This document shows positions 46,163-56,658 of a stretch of DNA of 64,000 nt, in pieces. Location of the stretch: the sequence record PQ464590.1, one strand, 5' to 3'. The translations under genes were made by a program, and so were the position numbers. A model generated the notes under the pieces. It did no database searches. It was given only the letters and a program-made list of their open reading frames with translations, and was not told the origin of the DNA. Position 1 is the first letter of the stretch. Each line of letters opens with the position of its first letter.

Positions 46163-46532
46163 TTATCATATCCTCTGCGTCATCCATATGAATAGGGTCA
46201 ACATCAAGTACTTGTACTCTGGATGCATCCCATACCATATAAGATGGTTGTACATCCGGTTCATATTTGTTAACGTACTGAACTGAATCATACTCAGTAC
46301 TGAATACGTCACGCCACTCCTGGTCACCCCCTAAATCATCCATACAAGCGATTCTGCCGAGATCCACTTGTACCTTATGCAAGTACACTGTTTCCTCATA
46401 CAAAGGGCAGTCATCGCTTCTGAGCTTCCGTAGAGCCGCTTCTAGAGCCGAGTATAACCCGCCCAAGTGCAGACCACCGTACGGGATGTAGAATTCAGAG
46501 ATTTTCACAGTACTGGCGTGGTACAAAATCAT
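46140..46532 (-). CDS. putative ADP-ribosyltransferase-fold protein
   Basis: LYHAS, GLHLG, YDSVQYVNKYE, SYMVW pattern. Confidence 0.5.
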   Translation of the reverse strand: MILYHASTVKISEFYIPYGGLHLGGLYSALEAALRKLRSDDCPLYEETVYLHKVQVDLGRIACMDDLGGDQEWRDVFSTEYDSVQYVNKYEPDVQPSYMVWDASRVQVLDVDPIHMDDAEDMINEFLEEQ

Positions 46533-47155
46533 ATAAGATTTCCAGTTATAAAATTAGGATAAAAAACATAATCAGCGAAGTCAGTGGCATCACAGTAGAA
46601 TTCAGTGCCAATCGGCAACGCTTCGACAGCAGCACTTGCAGCAGCTAACTCACGAAGGATATGCTCAATTGGACGTGTCTCATGATCCATGCTGTACAGG
46701 AACACTGTCTCTTCGACACCACCATGTTCTTTCCCAGAATGATAACAAATGTCGTCCTCAATTGCAACCGTCATTTCTTGTTTAGGTGAACTTTTGCTAT
46801 CGGAGTCAATCCGAACAATACACCCTTTATCATGTTGATATAGAGTGAACCGATTATCATGAACTGAAATCTCATTCAAACTCCATGATTTATCTTCAGG
46901 ATTAGTATAACGGAATCCAATAACGGCATCATCCATATTACGTTCAGAGCAAACATATAAGCCCTTGACATCATAACGCAAAAAGATCTTACCTAACAGT
47001 CTAGTACTGTAACCTGTTGGAATGTATAGAATTGCACCATGAACATAAGTCTCTAAGAACTTAGCATGAGACTCATATACTTCCTTTAGAATTGGAGTCA
47101 AGAACTCTACCACTTCAACTGCTTGAACTTCATTATCACGAAGAAAATTCTTCAT
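46529..47155 (-). CDS. FQ-motif family protein (divergent)
   Basis: VEETVFLYSMDH. Confidence 0.7.
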   Translation of the reverse strand: MKNFLRDNEVQAVEVVEFLTPILKEVYESHAKFLETYVHGAILYIPTGYSTRLLGKIFLRYDVKGLYVCSERNMDDAVIGFRYTNPEDKSWSLNEISVHDNRFTLYQHDKGCIVRIDSDSKSSPKQEMTVAIEDDICYHSGKEHGGVEETVFLYSMDHETRPIEHILRELAAASAAVEALPIGTEFYCDATDFADYVFYPNFITGNLI

Positions 47156-47766
47156 ATATTCTCCAGTAATTCTTTCAGGTTCATTGGAAATTTATATGAC
47201 CAAATCTGTACATTGCTATTCTTTGGTAAATCGTACGATTTGAATTTTTCAATACTTGATAATGCTGATTGTAGTTCATCGTATGAAATAGTGTGCTCGA
47301 ATTCTAAGTTCAATTTGAATAGAATCTCTTCTTGATCTTCACGAGTACTGAATGCGTATTTTTCATATGAACTGAATTCAAGAACATCCGATTCGAATGT
47401 AATAGTACTGTCGGTGGTATCATACGTTACCAAAACATCCTCACCCGATATCTGTGCATGAAATGACAAATACAACTGGAACAATGTATCGGATGTATTG
47501 GCATCGCACTCAAAGAATTGTGGTTGAATAGAGCCAGAATAAGATTCAAAATTGAATTCAATATTAGCGAATGTGCTACCCTTTTCATTCAAAAGACGAA
47601 TCTCATCATCACAAATAACTACACCAAACTTTTCATCTTTAGTATAGTACTCAATGAATGATTTCTTAGAGTACCGAGAATAAAACTCCTCCCGACGTTT
47701 CACGAGTACTTCAAATAATTCCATAACTTCATTTGTTTGGTGATTCTTATTTTCTAATGTGTTCAT
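47152..47766 (-). CDS. FQ-motif family protein (divergent)
   Basis: QEEILFKLNLE. Confidence 0.7.
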   Translation of the reverse strand: MNTLENKNHQTNEVMELFEVLVKRREEFYSRYSKKSFIEYYTKDEKFGVVICDDEIRLLNEKGSTFANIEFNFESYSGSIQPQFFECDANTSDTLFQLYLSFHAQISGEDVLVTYDTTDSTITFESDVLEFSSYEKYAFSTREDQEEILFKLNLEFEHTISYDELQSALSSIEKFKSYDLPKNSNVQIWSYKFPMNLKELLENI

Positions 47767-48401
47767 TAGTAACCTTTTAGTAATTCATCGAAGTCCACTA
47801 GACTCTCACGATCCATCATTCCTAAGTTGTTATACAACGTTAGTTCATAATTAGGAAGGAGAGGTAAGTTGTATAAACGGTTCACAATCTCACGAATCTC
47901 TTCTTCAGAGAGAACCGAATACATAGTACTGTACTGGAATAATTCAGCACTGATGTCATTAGTGTAATGAGAACCGTTCAATAAAATATAAACATCTTCT
48001 AATTCTTTCTTCAGGTCTGGATTGTTAGTAAGGAGGGTTGTTGGATTCATGTCTATATTAGCACTATCTTTATTCAAACGAATCATGCCTGGATAAATGT
48101 GAGTACTGCCTCTGTACTGAACTCGTCTATAACGAAGTACACCCGATTCATACAATTCTATTTCAGCTTCAGATTTACCAATACGTAATGAAATACCATC
48201 AATGCTTTCATATATGGACCGATGTAGTGACCCAGTACTGTTCAAGATGAAATTATTACAACGCTCCAAAAATCTGAATAACATAAAGTAATCATTATCA
48301 TTCATAAGAGTAGGGTACAGTACTGAAGTCTGATCCTCACTACTAGTTCTAGCCATTGATGCTTGGATTTGTGTGTTTATCTGGCTTAGAGTTGTAGCCA
48401 T
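47766..48401 (-). CDS. FQ-motif family protein
   Basis: ISAELFQYSTMY. Confidence 0.75.
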   Translation of the reverse strand: MATTLSQINTQIQASMARTSSEDQTSVLYPTLMNDNDYFMLFRFLERCNNFILNSTGSLHRSIYESIDGISLRIGKSEAEIELYESGVLRYRRVQYRGSTHIYPGMIRLNKDSANIDMNPTTLLTNNPDLKKELEDVYILLNGSHYTNDISAELFQYSTMYSVLSEEEIREIVNRLYNLPLLPNYELTLYNNLGMMDRESLVDFDELLKGY

Positions 48402-48885
48402 CGATTAGCTCCTTAGCTGCTTTGATAGCAGGATTCAAACGACGAATGTCCATTGATGCCAAAAAGATTGAATTCACTTCAGGAATACGTTCACGAATCT
48501 TTTCTTTTACATAATTCTGGTACAATTCATGTTCATCATGAATCATGAGTAATTGGAATTCATGTTCTTCTGAATTGTTTACAGTACTGAATTCGTTTGT
48601 ACCTTCACGATCCCGAAGGTTCATTTTATACCCACCACGTTTCATCAGTGGTTTCATTTCACCAAACATTGCTAGTTCATGGTATATACTGGACTGTGCA
48701 TTCAAAGTACTCACGACCATTGAATCACTGAACTTGAATGCATAAGTCCTTATACATGCGTCGAAGTAATTTGCATTGAATATACCCTTCTTGCACATAA
48801 CTTCATGCAACTCACACATGCAGTTGTATAATTCAACTACACGGTTCACAAATGAATTAGCCTTTACATAGATTTTCGTACGCAT
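48349..48885 (-). CDS. FQ-motif family protein
   Basis: SEEHEFQLLMIHD; start MRTKI. Confidence 0.75.
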   Translation of the reverse strand: MRTKIYVKANSFVNRVVELYNCMCELHEVMCKKGIFNANYFDACIRTYAFKFSDSMVVSTLNAQSSIYHELAMFGEMKPLMKRGGYKMNLRDREGTNEFSTVNNSEEHEFQLLMIHDEHELYQNYVKEKIRERIPEVNSIFLASMDIRRLNPAIKAAKELIDGYNSKPDKHTNPSING

Positions 48886-49405
48886 TTTGTAATTCCTCAA
48901 AATCTGATTCAAGAACAAGACAATCATCGTACGAGGTATAGTTCAAGTACGCTAAATCATTATTATTCAGTAACCCTAACGCGGACCTATAAACACGATT
49001 GAATAGTTCTGGATCTGGAATATCTTCTTCAACAGTACTCAACTGGAAGAGGGTACTTTCTAAATCATCATCTTCTAATTGGTAAGTACTGTTCATGAAT
49101 GTGAACCCAGCAACACCGCAAGTATCAATGTAGAATCCTTCTTGGCTCACATTTACTTCAGTACCTTTGAGTTTGATATCTCGTGCGTCATCAAACAAAT
49201 CACTGTTATCAACAACGAAGAACACAGCAGGACTAGCTTCCTCATGATTCATTAGTTCGCCAGTAATACTACGTACTCCAGTCTGGAGATTATTCTCCAC
49301 TACGAATTTGAGAGTAACACCATCTGATACGATATCAGTACTGCCAATGTAACTCCCATTCAGTAACATCTGGAGAATACGCAGAACGAATGGAAAGTTC
49401 TTCAT
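48857..49405 (-). CDS. FQ-motif family protein
   Basis: LESTLFQLSTVE; start MKNFP. Confidence 0.75.
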   Translation of the reverse strand: MKNFPFVLRILQMLLNGSYIGSTDIVSDGVTLKFVVENNLQTGVRSITGELMNHEEASPAVFFVVDNSDLFDDARDIKLKGTEVNVSQEGFYIDTCGVAGFTFMNSTYQLEDDDLESTLFQLSTVEEDIPDPELFNRVYRSALGLLNNNDLAYLNYTSYDDCLVLESDFEELQNAYENLCKG

Positions 49406-49406
49406 A

Positions 49407-50021
49407 TCACTTTTGTTCAGCAACATACATTTTCCTTAGTAAAGCCGGTAGTAATGACCACGCCTCATCACAAATAGGTTTCATGATTTCGTCATTATGA
49501 AGTTCATGGCGTTCAATGAAATTCACGGCGAATTGTACTTCTTTATCAATGAAGTCATAGATCTCGTGAATCTCTTGTAAAGATTTGAGTAGTTCAATCG
49601 TTGGTGCGTTCTGCACAGTACTCAATTGAAATAGCTCTTCTTCAGTACTGTACAGTTTTACATCATGGAAGTTCAATCCATTTTTTTCAGAAGTGAATGT
49701 ACAGTACGGATTATCATCCCAATTATTGGATCTGAATTTGAAACGACCTAATGTGTAGTTGTGTGAGTTCGTAACGAAACTGTATGAAGTATTCTCACAC
49801 TCTGGGCGATTCACCACGATCTCAACTGCTTCAATATGACCATTGAAACGTAGCCGTATAGAGCACTCTAACGGGTCATACGCAATGATAAGCTGTACTG
49901 TATCGTTGTCTACAGTAATCTTATTCGAACCAGTACACCCAGCCTTGTACGCAATATGATACGCTAAACGAGTGAGTGGTGTAAGCTGCTCATGCAACTG
50001 GACCAACGTTTTATCGAACAT
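49407..50021 (-). CDS. FQ-motif family protein
   Basis: TEEELFQLSTVQ. Confidence 0.75.
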   Translation of the reverse strand: MFDKTLVQLHEQLTPLTRLAYHIAYKAGCTGSNKITVDNDTVQLIIAYDPLECSIRLRFNGHIEAVEIVVNRPECENTSYSFVTNSHNYTLGRFKFRSNNWDDNPYCTFTSEKNGLNFHDVKLYSTEEELFQLSTVQNAPTIELLKSLQEIHEIYDFIDKEVQFAVNFIERHELHNDEIMKPICDEAWSLLPALLRKMYVAEQK

Positions 50022-50022
50022 G

Positions 50023-50619
50023 TTACCTCACATATTTCATGTATTCTTTTAGCTCTTGCATCAGACCCAGTACCGTTTTGTCAGTACTGCCAAGGTGCGA
50101 TGTTAGACGAAGCTTGAATGTTATCATCTTCTTCAGAAGAAGTCCAGCTTTATGGAGGCACGCAACGCCATATTCTTCAGAGAAATCAGAAACCAATGAT
50201 TCCTGGAAGATAATACCTTCTAAATCTTCTACACAAGTTGCATCCAGAAGATCATCATACCGTACTGAATCGACACCGTAACCATTACCGATGACGAATT
50301 CATGTACGTACTTACAGTTTCTGCTATTATTCAGCACTATACTATTATGCTTATCCCACGGACTTACAATTGTCCTACCAATAAAAGTACCATCATTTGA
50401 CCAATGTTCAGGATCTGTAGTATAAGGAGTTGCATCACAAATGATTCCGTGCTTAGAGCGAATAACAAAAGTATCAGCCCCATCATTCATGTACTTGTGT
50501 CTTTCTAATGAAATACTACCGTTGTTGAATTTACTCTTCAGCCACCCACGTTTCTTCTCAAATAACAAGAAGTACCGCTCGAATACTGAAATAACTTCAC
50601 AGTACTGTTTAGCGTCCAT
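50023..50619 (-). CDS. FQ-motif family protein
   Basis: LEGIIFQESLVSD. Confidence 0.75.
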   Translation of the reverse strand: MDAKQYCEVISVFERYFLLFEKKRGWLKSKFNNGSISLERHKYMNDGADTFVIRSKHGIICDATPYTTDPEHWSNDGTFIGRTIVSPWDKHNSIVLNNSRNCKYVHEFVIGNGYGVDSVRYDDLLDATCVEDLEGIIFQESLVSDFSEEYGVACLHKAGLLLKKMITFKLRLTSHLGSTDKTVLGLMQELKEYMKYVR

Positions 50620-51196
50620 GACGTTCCTCTATAACTTTTACTAATGCAGGAATGAATTCATCGTACGGTAACTTATGTATGCGTAAACCAGTACGGCGAT
50701 AATGTACCATATCAGGGATAAGGAAATTATACATCTGACTATTCAGTACTACACCCAATAGAACTTCAGGTTCAAGAACTGTACTCAGTTGGAATAATGT
50801 ACTCTCCGAAGAAGGATCGCGAAAATCTTCCAGAAGTACCTCGTGTGTAGTAATCTGATTATCAAATTGAACAGATTTGAATTCAAGGAATGTTGTCAAA
50901 GCATTCTCATTGTACAGGTAGATGTTACCAGGCTGCATGTATGGTTCAGAATCTGAATTGTCATAAATTCTATTACGATCCACTTTAGCACTAATGCACG
51001 TGAACAACATCGAAGTCCAATCTTCTGGAGTTCTTGTCACACTAACACGATCATGATGGAATAACAATGTATATCCAGGGCATAATTCATAAGTTTTTTT
51101 ATTCCCATCCACCAATTCAGCCAATTGTGCCATCAAGTGCAGTACTTGAACCTCATTATCAATGTCATTGACATCGATTAGTACTTTATCAGTCAT
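50609..51196 (-). CDS. FQ-motif family protein
   Basis: SESTLFQLSTVL. Confidence 0.75.
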   Translation of the reverse strand: MTDKVLIDVNDIDNEVQVLHLMAQLAELVDGNKKTYELCPGYTLLFHHDRVSVTRTPEDWTSMLFTCISAKVDRNRIYDNSDSEPYMQPGNIYLYNENALTTFLEFKSVQFDNQITTHEVLLEDFRDPSSESTLFQLSTVLEPEVLLGVVLNSQMYNFLIPDMVHYRRTGLRIHKLPYDEFIPALVKVIEERHGR

Positions 51197-51854
51197 TCGT
51201 CAAAATCCCTTCTCTCAATTTTTGTAGAACCTCATCCATCCCAGCAAGGGAATCTTCCCACATAGATAGATCAGGTGCAGTTATGTTTATCGTATCACGG
51301 ATATTGTCCGCTGTCAATAAGGACAGAATCCCGTACTGAATCATTGATACATCATTGAAATTCAATAGAGTACTGTACTGGAACTCCATTTCTTCTGTTG
51401 AACCCTGTAATAGTGTATTACATTCAGCAGTAGTTAGTACTTCTACCTCTTCGTTAGAAACGACTATAGTACTGTCAGTATAATCCCCGTAGTACATCGA
51501 AGCACCTAAATGTGAAATCCAAGCATGTGAAGCACGCCTCGATGGATAAGAATAATTATACTGAATAGCCCTAATGTGTTTTTGTTTAGGTAAACCATCT
51601 TCATCTAACCAACTATTCTGAATCTGAAGCTTTACGCTATTGTTCGCGTACTGTATTTGAAGTACTAACCTACTAGTAATTTCTGTACCTGATGTACTAG
51701 AAACATAAGTCCTCTGACCTATACTAAAGTTGCGATCAGTCAGCCATTCATCGTTATCGTTTGAAATCTTTTGGTGTTCTTTGAGAAACAAACTCATAAG
51801 CTGCATGTAGCTAAGGAACTTGTATGTCAGTACTGATTTGTCGAAATTATTCAT
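51189..51854 (-). CDS. FQ-motif family protein
   Basis: TEEMEFQYSTLL. Confidence 0.75.
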   Translation of the reverse strand: MNNFDKSVLTYKFLSYMQLMSLFLKEHQKISNDNDEWLTDRNFSIGQRTYVSSTSGTEITSRLVLQIQYANNSVKLQIQNSWLDEDGLPKQKHIRAIQYNYSYPSRRASHAWISHLGASMYYGDYTDSTIVVSNEEVEVLTTAECNTLLQGSTEEMEFQYSTLLNFNDVSMIQYGILSLLTADNIRDTINITAPDLSMWEDSLAGMDEVLQKLREGILTND

Positions 51855-52449
51855 ATGAATTCCTATACGGATTCTTATCCTTTATCAGTTCCAGAACTTT
51901 ACGAAGATCTACATCATCATTGAAGATGCGTTCATATATCTGCCACCGAGAACCACGAATTTGCAAGTTCCGTGCAAATGGCTCGAACATGATTCCATAC
52001 AGATCAGTATTTTCATGTAGTAAAGAATTCTGGAAACAAACAGAATCAAATGTATCTTCGTCATGAATAATATCAGTACTGACATTTATATCCTGAATCT
52101 CAGTACTGTACCGTTTGTGTATTAGAATCACATCATTGCCGCGACATTCACGGAGTTTAACTGTGAAGTACGGAACTGCACGCCAAGGATCAACAACTGG
52201 TAGAATAGCGACTGAACTACTATAGTATTCCGGTGTAATAGTGTAGTTCAGAATAAAATTATTATGATGGTACACAATACCCTCACGATCATTTACGTAC
52301 CATTTGTAATCACCATGATAGTACGTAGTAGTTCCTACAATACTGGCATGATTGCCAATGTGTTCAATAATCTCTTGGAGTAATAAACATTTCTCGTGAC
52401 TAAACATAAGGAACCTCTGAAGTCTTGAAGTGCTTGAAATAAACATCAT
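51847..52449 (-). CDS. FQ-motif family protein
   Basis: FDSVCFQNSLLH. Confidence 0.75.
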   Translation of the reverse strand: MMFISSTSRLQRFLMFSHEKCLLLQEIIEHIGNHASIVGTTTYYHGDYKWYVNDREGIVYHHNNFILNYTITPEYYSSSVAILPVVDPWRAVPYFTVKLRECRGNDVILIHKRYSTEIQDINVSTDIIHDEDTFDSVCFQNSLLHENTDLYGIMFEPFARNLQIRGSRWQIYERIFNDDVDLRKVLELIKDKNPYRNSYE

Positions 52450-52945
52450 CAATCAAGTCATTTACTTTATGCGGATCAATTGGAATATCCCGTAGACCAA
52501 ATGGATGTAGTTGCATAATCAAACATGCAGAACCCTCTAATAAGGGTAGCAGTACTGAACTAATAATCAGTCCGTATATTGAGGTTTCTAACATACTCCC
52601 ACTATGCAGTACTTCGAATTGGAATACAGATTCCTCAAAAGCATCTAGTGTAACTTCACATGGGTTAGTTGGCATCTCTCCATTGCCCCACCAATGAGAT
52701 GGATGTGTATTGTCACCCCATAGATTTCTCGTATTACCTAACCAATTAGAAGCGTCAGGACATATCTCGATGTAGTTGTCACCAATGTAAGTATTCACAG
52801 TACGGGAACCCGCTGTCAAGTCCACGCTAATACCTAAAGAACTTTTAGTACTGCTAATGGAACCTACACCATTAGATTCCTTCGCTAACTCAATAGCCTT
52901 ACGTGTTAATGCACGTAATTGATATGCAGATTTTAGTGAAATCAT
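52400..52945 (-). CDS. FQ-motif family protein
   Basis: FEESVFQFEVLH. Confidence 0.75.
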   Translation of the reverse strand: MISLKSAYQLRALTRKAIELAKESNGVGSISSTKSSLGISVDLTAGSRTVNTYIGDNYIEICPDASNWLGNTRNLWGDNTHPSHWWGNGEMPTNPCEVTLDAFEESVFQFEVLHSGSMLETSIYGLIISSVLLPLLEGSACLIMQLHPFGLRDIPIDPHKVNDLIDDVYFKHFKTSEVPYV

Positions 52946-53544
52946 ACTAGTTCTAGTTCCCGTAGTTTCTTATATTGGCGTTGTAGTAGATTAGCCATAG
53001 TACGAATCTCATTCTCACTCAACTGGTACAGTACTGCATTAGTACTAATTTTGGAATCTGACCCAATAAGAATATCACGAACAAATAGATTCACCAATAA
53101 CATTGACGCGACTTGTGGATCGTATATAGTACTCAACTGGAATAAAGCACTCTCGTAATCATCTACAGTACTTGGGGCATCAATGATAAGTAAATCATTT
53201 GGCTCAATACGATTGGTTTCGGAATTGTAAAATCCGAAGTTATCATAAGTACTACCTAGATAATCTGCCATCTGAATACGCCACCCCTCGGAGTGTGTTG
53301 CAGCGTACATCGAGTGAACTGTACCATTAGGACCAATACTGATTACTTCAGAAACAGTTGGACTAAGGCGATTCAGATATATCTCGTGTTGAAAATCAAA
53401 TACAATAGCGTGATTACCAAATACTTTATCAAGTTGTTCATCACCGAACTTCATATTGATGTTCGAAGACAGCCAGTACTGACGAACCTCAACCAGTAAT
53501 TTTACCAACTCACGAATAGCAACGCATGTCTCAAAAGGAATCAT
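52942..53544 (-). CDS. FQ-motif family protein
   Basis: YESALFQLSTIYD. Confidence 0.75.
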   Translation of the reverse strand: MIPFETCVAIRELVKLLVEVRQYWLSSNINMKFGDEQLDKVFGNHAIVFDFQHEIYLNRLSPTVSEVISIGPNGTVHSMYAATHSEGWRIQMADYLGSTYDNFGFYNSETNRIEPNDLLIIDAPSTVDDYESALFQLSTIYDPQVASMLLVNLFVRDILIGSDSKISTNAVLYQLSENEIRTMANLLQRQYKKLRELELV

Positions 53545-53558
53545 AAAATTTCTCCCAT

Positions 53559-53591
53559 AAAAAAAGGCATTGTACCATACGATACAACGCC
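53559..53591 (-). terminator. probable intrinsic terminator
   Basis: AGGCGTTGTA..TACAATGCCT imperfect stem followed by TTTTT. Confidence 0.7.
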
Positions 53592-53598
53592 TGTCAAA

Positions 53599-54138
53599 TC
53601 AATCGAAGAAGTATTTGTGCACCGCAAGGACTTTGTTATGATCAAATTCCCCAGCAGTCATCAGCAAATCAGTGTTCAACGTGAAGATATATTTTGGTTC
53701 CATCAAATCTTTGATAAAATTGAACAGTACTAAACCATCAACCAGACCATCATCAATACCAGTACTGATACAATCAGCCTGGAAAGCAGCAGCCTCCCAA
53801 TCCGCACAGAAATCCATATCACTAAATGGATCTTGTACACGATCCAGTTTAGCATTAAATGCATCAGCGTACCATACGGAACCAGTACCGATCTGTTCAA
53901 CTGCTTCAGTACCACACAACTCAATATATCCCCTGTACTCACCAGCAGCAATAGCTACCTGTACTTCATCGGATCTAGGGAATGAATCATTTCGGAACAA
54001 GCGTAGCCGGAAAATACAATGATAATCATCGTTAATGACTATCCCATCTTCTACTGCTGGTACTTGACCTTGTTCTAAATTATACTTCGCTAAACGAAAT
54101 ATATCACGTATCATCCATGCACAATCTTTAGAAATCAT
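53599..54138 (-). CDS. FQ-motif family protein
   Basis: WEAAAFQADCI. Confidence 0.75.
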   Translation of the reverse strand: MISKDCAWMIRDIFRLAKYNLEQGQVPAVEDGIVINDDYHCIFRLRLFRNDSFPRSDEVQVAIAAGEYRGYIELCGTEAVEQIGTGSVWYADAFNAKLDRVQDPFSDMDFCADWEAAAFQADCISTGIDDGLVDGLVLFNFIKDLMEPKYIFTLNTDLLMTAGEFDHNKVLAVHKYFFD

Positions 54139-54715
54139 TACTCGCCATCTCCACTGTATTCTTTAGTGCTCTTAGTAAGAACTTAGCATCTTGCTCGCAG
54201 AACTTAGAAGTACTGACCGATACCCTAAGAACATATTGTAATTCTATATCTAACAACCTATCAAGATGCTCTTTGTACATTATTGTTTCTTTACATAATT
54301 CTAATGGTGGAACCGAACCTATAGTACTGAACTGGAAGTGAGTCTCTTCTACATTCTCATCACTGAAGAACAATTCATCATTACCAGTACGAGTAGAATA
54401 ACTAACAGTAGGATTCTTCCTACTCAGGTATGCAAATTCAGTATAGTCTGGATCTGTCCGTAGACGGAAACCAGAATCACCTTCTTCTGAACCACCATGC
54501 TTACCATAAGTACAGTTACAAATTTCAACAGTATGCCCCATTCTGGACTTAGTGTTAAGAATAAAACGAATAGTCCCGAAAGAACGACTGAAAGTAAGTT
54601 TATATGAATTAGCCCCACTATCCATCTCCAGTTCTGTATCAAAGAAATCTCCAGAACCAGTTTCAGCCATAAATGTCAGTACTTCATCTAATAATCTAAG
54701 CTTTTCCATATTCAT
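54128..54715 (-). CDS. FQ-motif family protein
   Basis: VEETHFQFSTI. Confidence 0.75.
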   Translation of the reverse strand: MNMEKLRLLDEVLTFMAETGSGDFFDTELEMDSGANSYKLTFSRSFGTIRFILNTKSRMGHTVEICNCTYGKHGGSEEGDSGFRLRTDPDYTEFAYLSRKNPTVSYSTRTGNDELFFSDENVEETHFQFSTIGSVPPLELCKETIMYKEHLDRLLDIELQYVLRVSVSTSKFCEQDAKFLLRALKNTVEMASNDF

Positions 54716-55232
54716 CCATCATAATAAGTTCTAGAGTATCACAGTTCACCATAATGAATCCAAAGAAACGTTCAGTGAAAATCTGTACATCTTTAGCCTG
54801 TAACCGATTCATTTCAGTCAAGTACTCGTAAGTGAAGTACTCCCACTTGTCCAGTACTAAACTCTGCTGGAACATGTCCTCTTCAGTACCAGAACCAACA
54901 TAGAACTTCTCAGTCATTGAATTATCAACATCGTACTCAGTGGCATCTTTCTTGTAAAACATATTAGCAGGGAATGTAGTACCGACCTCTCTGCTAATAC
55001 GTGGTCCACCCATAAATCCCCTGAACTTAGCAAGGATGTATTGATTATCCAATGAGTCCAAACGATGCGGTACATCAATGATGTTTTCAGGCTTTACACC
55101 TTCGAAGTAGTCATTACTCACTCCCATAATACGATTATGATACTCTGGGAAGTACTTAGGGAATATACCATCATGGATTGAGTTCGTAAAGACATTTACG
55201 TACCGTGCCAGTTCCTTTCCATTCATAATCAT
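54696..55232 (-). CDS. FQ-motif family protein
   Basis: TEEDMFQQSLVLD. Confidence 0.75.
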   Translation of the reverse strand: MIMNGKELARYVNVFTNSIHDGIFPKYFPEYHNRIMGVSNDYFEGVKPENIIDVPHRLDSLDNQYILAKFRGFMGGPRISREVGTTFPANMFYKKDATEYDVDNSMTEKFYVGSGTEEDMFQQSLVLDKWEYFTYEYLTEMNRLQAKDVQIFTERFFGFIMVNCDTLELIMMDEYGKA

Positions 55233-55810
55233 ACAATTCCCCTCATGTATTCAGCAGCAAAAGCATCTAACTTATCTTTATGTAAAATAAGGTACTTGCA
55301 GAAGTTCACAGTATAAACACGGAACGGTACTTTGATATTCGATTCACGTAGTACTGAATATATTTCAAACGCAGCAGCTTCAGCACCATCTACAGTACTT
55401 TGTTGGAAAATCATCTCTTCAGTTAGTTCACTGAAATCGTACTTAGTAAATTCGGAAGCACTAGTACCATCAACATCAGTATCGTCGAATTTCTCAAACT
55501 GGAATCCAGTAGCTTTAGGATGATACTCAATATTGAAAATGTATCCAGGACGAATTGGACATGTGATATTACTATTACCAGCACTCCAAACTTCGAGTAC
55601 CCTAGCAGACAAATCATTCGTCCGAAGGTACTTTCTGTGCTGTAATTCTTCACCAGCAATATACGAATCATTCTGTACACAGTATCCAGTATTTTCATCA
55701 GGATCTTCCAGTACTGAAGAATAACCGTTCTCACAACAGTACAACATAATGACTAAGTACCGTGCGAATTCATGAGGACTAAAAAATGATACTTCTTTAT
55801 CTGTGTACAT
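55229..55810 (-). CDS. FQ-motif family protein
   Basis: TEEMIFQQSTVD; start MYTDK. Confidence 0.75.
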   Translation of the reverse strand: MYTDKEVSFFSPHEFARYLVIMLYCCENGYSSVLEDPDENTGYCVQNDSYIAGEELQHRKYLRTNDLSARVLEVWSAGNSNITCPIRPGYIFNIEYHPKATGFQFEKFDDTDVDGTSASEFTKYDFSELTEEMIFQQSTVDGAEAAAFEIYSVLRESNIKVPFRVYTVNFCKYLILHKDKLDAFAAEYMRGIV

Positions 55811-55840
55811 CACGTTAATCTCCAAGATAAAAATTAATTT

Positions 55841-55860
55841 CGCGGCGGGGGAGGGCCGCG
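55841..55860. other. GC-only hairpin in a short intergenic gap
   Basis: CGCGGC-GGGGGAGG-GCCGCG; GC-only arms in an AT-rich genome. Confidence 0.6.
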
Positions 55861-55947
55861 TATTACATAGCATCTTACACTTTATCTATACTTTTGGAAG
55901 CGGAAAATTTTTTGACCCCGATACAAACGTATAAAGGGTCTTATTTA

Positions 55948-56649
55948 TCAAAACAAATCTGCACCAAATTCACGCATGAAATATTCATGATGCTTATCAG
56001 CCATCTCCGTCCATTCTCCCTTCGGTATTAGGTCATACAATTCCTGTACCGATTCAGGTTCTAAAACACTGTAAAAATGTAATCCATATACTGAATTGAA
56101 CTTGCAAAATGAATCCATGTAAAACTTCCATACTGAATACCATTGCCCATAATCACCTTGGATTGTACTGTTCTGGAAAAACGATTCCTGTACTGAATCT
56201 GAACTAATCGTCTTAGCGTGCATCTCTTTGGATAAATTTTTCAAACCATCAAAACGATTACCATGATCCATCAAATGAATTATGTCTTCATTCTTAGCGG
56301 ACATGTAATAACATGATGATGGATGGAATATCGGATTTATATCATGTTTGCCAGCATAAGGCTTGGAACAAAAATAAACGACACTTCCTGTCAAAAATGC
56401 ATCCCAAAAATCCCGTACCTTCCATGAACTAATCTTGGCACAATTGTTCACCGATGACATAATCGCTAAACCATGCTTGTCCAAATATACTGGTCCTTCT
56501 TTGCCCACACCTGGTTCGCCTACCTCATAACCGAATACGGCATTAACGGACTCAATATTTGGATTGATTTCCTGCAACATCACAATAGCAAGCATCTGCT
56601 TGAACATCACAAAATCTGATACGTCAATTTGTGGACCACACGGTTCCAT
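55948..56649 (-). CDS. FQ-motif family protein
   Basis: VQESFFQNSTIQ. Confidence 0.75.
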   Translation of the reverse strand: MEPCGPQIDVSDFVMFKQMLAIVMLQEINPNIESVNAVFGYEVGEPGVGKEGPVYLDKHGLAIMSSVNNCAKISSWKVRDFWDAFLTGSVVYFCSKPYAGKHDINPIFHPSSCYYMSAKNEDIIHLMDHGNRFDGLKNLSKEMHAKTISSDSVQESFFQNSTIQGDYGQWYSVWKFYMDSFCKFNSVYGLHFYSVLEPESVQELYDLIPKGEWTEMADKHHEYFMREFGADLF

Positions 56650-56658
56650 TATGCACCT

